Below, in pieces: positions 61,279 through 64,000 of a stretch of 64,000 nucleotides of DNA. The stretch spans positions 366,938 to 430,937 of the forward strand of contig NW_005434668.1 of NCBI RefSeq assembly GCF_000315625.1, given 5' to 3'. Numbering within the stretch: the stretch's first letter is position 1; each line of letters begins with the position of its first letter. This DNA is from Guillardia theta CCMP2712 (lineage: Eukaryota; Protista; Cryptophyta). A program made the position numbers and the translations under genes. The notes below the pieces were generated by a model. It ran no database searches. It was given only the letters and a program-made list of their open reading frames with translations, and had not been told where the DNA came from.

Positions 61279-64000
61279 ATGGAAGGAGGGGGAGGGGAAG
61301 GAGGGGGGGGAGGAGGGGGAAGAAGAGGAGGGTCAGGAGGAGGAGAAGTAGTGGCTCTGAATGAGGCAGGAGGACAGTCGAAAGCAAACGAGAACACACT
61401 GACAGGAACAGTGGTTCGGAGAGGCGGCAGCGACGCGGTCCGGTCAGAAGCAGCAATGGCTTCTGATGTTGATGGGACGGACGGTAGCGGGAGTGTTGTC
61501 TCATCTGTGTCAAACTTCACTACTCTAGAAGAGGAGATGAGAAGCTCGCTCATAGACCGATGCTTCCGTCAAGCCAAGGAGGGTGACCTCGCGGGATTCA
61601 AAGCCACGTCCCTCACCCTCGTCCTGTGTAACGGGGGGAGGAGCGAAGTCAATTCTATCAAGGATGCCAGGGGCAGGACACTCCTGCACTGGGCCGCCCA
61701 CGAAGGTCATCTCAGCTTCGTCAAGTTCCTCCTCATCGACCTGCTTGCCAACGTGTATGAGACTGACCAGGACGGGAACACTGCCGCTGATCTTGCGCGC
61801 GAGCAGTACTGGAAGAAGGTCCTGCGGTTCATCGAGTCGTTCGCTGACGCCCAGCTGCGGTACGTCGCGCTCCTCCAGTCCTCATGCAGGCGGCGCTTGC
61901 AGAGGGCTGAGTTTGTGCGGTGGCATGGAGCTGCGTGCAGGGTGAAGTGCCGAGTCGTCGCGCTGCCCTTCAGGAGGAGGAAGCACGAGACGCTCAGGTT
62001 CACGAGCATGTGGTTCCTGAATGGGGAGGAGGGGAGAAAGCTCCTCGTCTCCCCGCTCCAGGCTCGGATACGACGGCTCCTGCTGTACCAGCACGCGGCA
62101 GCTCCAGAGCCATCGGGATGCCGCTATCCCCTGTACCACTTGGCCAAACACGCTGCCCTTGTCGTTTCCTCCTGCGTGAAGCGGAGGCTGAAGTCGATGC
62201 TCTACAAGAGCGCCATAGTGTGGTGCAGGAAGACTGGGCAGCCGCTGGGCTCCATGCTGAACCGCCTGATCGGGAGGTACCAGAGCTCGAGCAAGCAAGT
62301 CGTCTCCCCGCTCATCCGCAACAGGAGCTACATCGTCCACTCCTCCAAGTTCCAGCTGCAGCTGGAGCAAGGGGGAAGCTCGAGAGAGGCTCAGCTGCAG
62401 GTGAAGAGGCAGTTCTTCGAGCAGAAGGCGAGGGAGGCGGAGAGGAGGAGGAGGAGCTCGGTCCGAGTACAGAGGTGGTTCAGGAGGCTGCAGGACAGGT
62501 GGAGAGTGGAGGAGAGGTTGTGGGGGAAGGAGGAGAATCGGAGGGTGGAGGAGGCGTTCTTCAAGAACAAGCTCTTTAAGCTCTTCACAAACCAGGAGAG
62601 GAGCCTTCTGGTCTACGTGGAATGGGGGGAGGAAGGAGAGCGAGGAGGGCTGCGAGGGCTGATTTTCCTGCACATGAAGGCGACGGAGGTGATGAAGGAG
62701 GAAGAGGAGGCGCGAAGGAGCCAACGTCTCCTTGCCCAGCTGGAGTTCGAGCAGCTAGTGGAGAGGAGACGGGCTGCAGAGAGGAGGAGGAAGGAGGAGG
62801 AGGCGGCTGGGCGGATCCAGAAGGCTTGGAGGGGGTGGAGGAGGAGGAAGTTGAAGCACGAGGAGCTGGTGAGGCTTTCCAACACGGGATGGATCCTGCG
62901 AAAGAAACAGGAGGAGGAGGAGAGAAAGAAGGAGCTGGCAAGGTTGAGTACGAGGAGGGAGAGGAGAGGGGGGGGAGGAGGGGGAGAGGAGAGGAGAGGG
63001 GGGGAGGGGGAGGGGAAGGGGAAAGTAGATGAGAAGGGGGTGAGGCGGGATGACAGAAGGAGAAGAAGGAGAAGAAGGAGAACGTGGCGGTGGAGGGGAG
63101 GAGGAGGAGGTGGTGGTATTGGAGTTGGTGGTGTTGATGATGGTGGTGGTAGTAGGGGAGGAGGAGGTGGTGTTGTTGTTGATGGTGGTGGTAGTAGGGG
63201 AGGAGGAGGTGGTGTTGTTGTTGATGGTGGTGGTAGTAGGGGAGGAGGAGGTGGTGTTGTTGTTGATGGTGGTGGTAGTAGGGGAGGAGGAGGTGGTGTT
63301 GTTGTTGATGGTGGTGGTAGTAGGGGAGGAGGAGGTGGTGTTGTTGTTGATGGTGGTGGTAGTAGGGGAGGAGGAGGAGGAGGAGAAGTCTTCTGACATC
63401 TGTGTGCGAGCAGGTTAAAGATCATGATGTACTCCATGAGAGGAGACGCGGAGCAGCGGAGGAGGTGAAGGACGTGATTGTCGGTTTCCTGCCTCATTCC
63501 ACGCCTCCCGCAGGCACAAGGAGCAGCTCGAGAACGCGATCTCCGAGTCCATGAGTCGCCGGAGGGAGATCGCAGAGGAGGTTCAGAGGACGGAGAGAGG
63601 TCCGTCCTGCCGTTTGCCTCTTTTCCTTCCTCCTGATTGAGCTTTTTTCTCTTCTCCTCATCCTCCCCCTCCCCTTCCTGTTCCTCTCTTCTCGTCCTCC
63701 TCGTTTTGCTCGTCCTCCTCCTCTCCTCTCCTCCTCCTCCTCCTCCTCTCTCCTCCTCTCTCCTCCTCTCTCCTCCTCTCCTCTCTTCCTCAACCTCCTC
63801 GTCCTCCTTTTCTTCGGTTTGCTCCCTCCTCGCTCCCTTCTCCACTTGCTGTAGATCGGAGAGTCTGCATCGCGGCACACCGGCACCAGGAGGCCGGCAA
63901 GCTCAAGCTCAAGCTCGACAGACTTCGCACGGAGGCTGAGAATCTCCGAGCTGGAGAGCAGCAGAACATGGAGAAGGTGGAGGCCCTAGAGCAGGTGAAG
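61279..64000 (+). CDS. ankyrin-repeat and IQ-motif coiled-coil protein; runs off the window end
   Basis: DARGRTLLHWAAHEGHLSFVKFLL and DQDGNTAADLA (ANK). IQ-like motifs LLQSSCRRRLQR, VQRWFRR and IQKAWRGWRRR. Likely intron ~62943-63413, then exons LKIMMYSMRGDAEQ, HKEQLENAISE and DRRVCI... Confidence 0.8.
63139..63385. repeat. 42-bp minisatellite, ~6 copies, probably intronic
   Basis: Unit gatggtggtggtagtaggggaggaggaggtggtgttgttgtt at 63139, 63181, 63223, 63265, 63307 and 63349. Confidence 0.92.

Noticed and set aside
62613-63878. Pro-rich extensin-like ORF on the - strand and the Gly-rich tail of the + ORF
   Set aside because: Both are translations of a 42-bp minisatellite in a likely GT-AG intron of the ANK-IQ gene.
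23525-64000. Apparent cluster of flagellar/cytoskeletal genes (coiled coils, TTLL, PKD2, IQ-ANK, LRR)
   Set aside because: These families are abundant in flagellate genomes and are interleaved with unrelated genes; no evidence of a functional cluster without synteny data.

Overview
Gene-dense eukaryotic nuclear DNA with many short (~45-55 nt) GT-AG introns, microsatellite-inflated introns and four N-gaps (52054-52153, 52735-53571, 54411-54510, 55363-56125). Intron size and a signal peptide ending in 'A-F' (bipartite plastid presequence) suggest an alga with a red secondary plastid, probably a cryptophyte (inference). Genes were assembled by eye across introns, so exon boundaries are approximate. 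Recognisable genes: a phosphohexomutase 3' end, a fucosyltransferase-like GT, RNase H2 subunit B, a TPR-FN3-RING protein, a short secreted collagen-like protein, an LMBR1-family membrane protein, a plant-type MAPKK, two giant head-to-head coiled-coil genes (one PDZ-headed, with a 192-bp internal tandem repeat), a TTLL glutamylase, a plastid-targeted DUF3598-like protein, Enhancer of polycomb, an LRR protein, a polycystin-2 (TRPP) channel and an ankyrin/IQ protein. Best leads: (1) an intron-split, apparently mitochondrion-targeted protein made of the HD and tail half of a bacterial CCA-adding enzyme, without the nucleotidyltransferase head and fused to an unknown C-terminal region (12154-15440); (2) a dispersed family of CpG-rich patches built from shuffled palindromic words, lying upstream of genes; (3) a clean 382-bp PIF/Harbinger-type MITE with 34-bp perfect TIRs and a TTA TSD (60731-61112). 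No CRISPR array, rRNA or convincing tRNA was seen.
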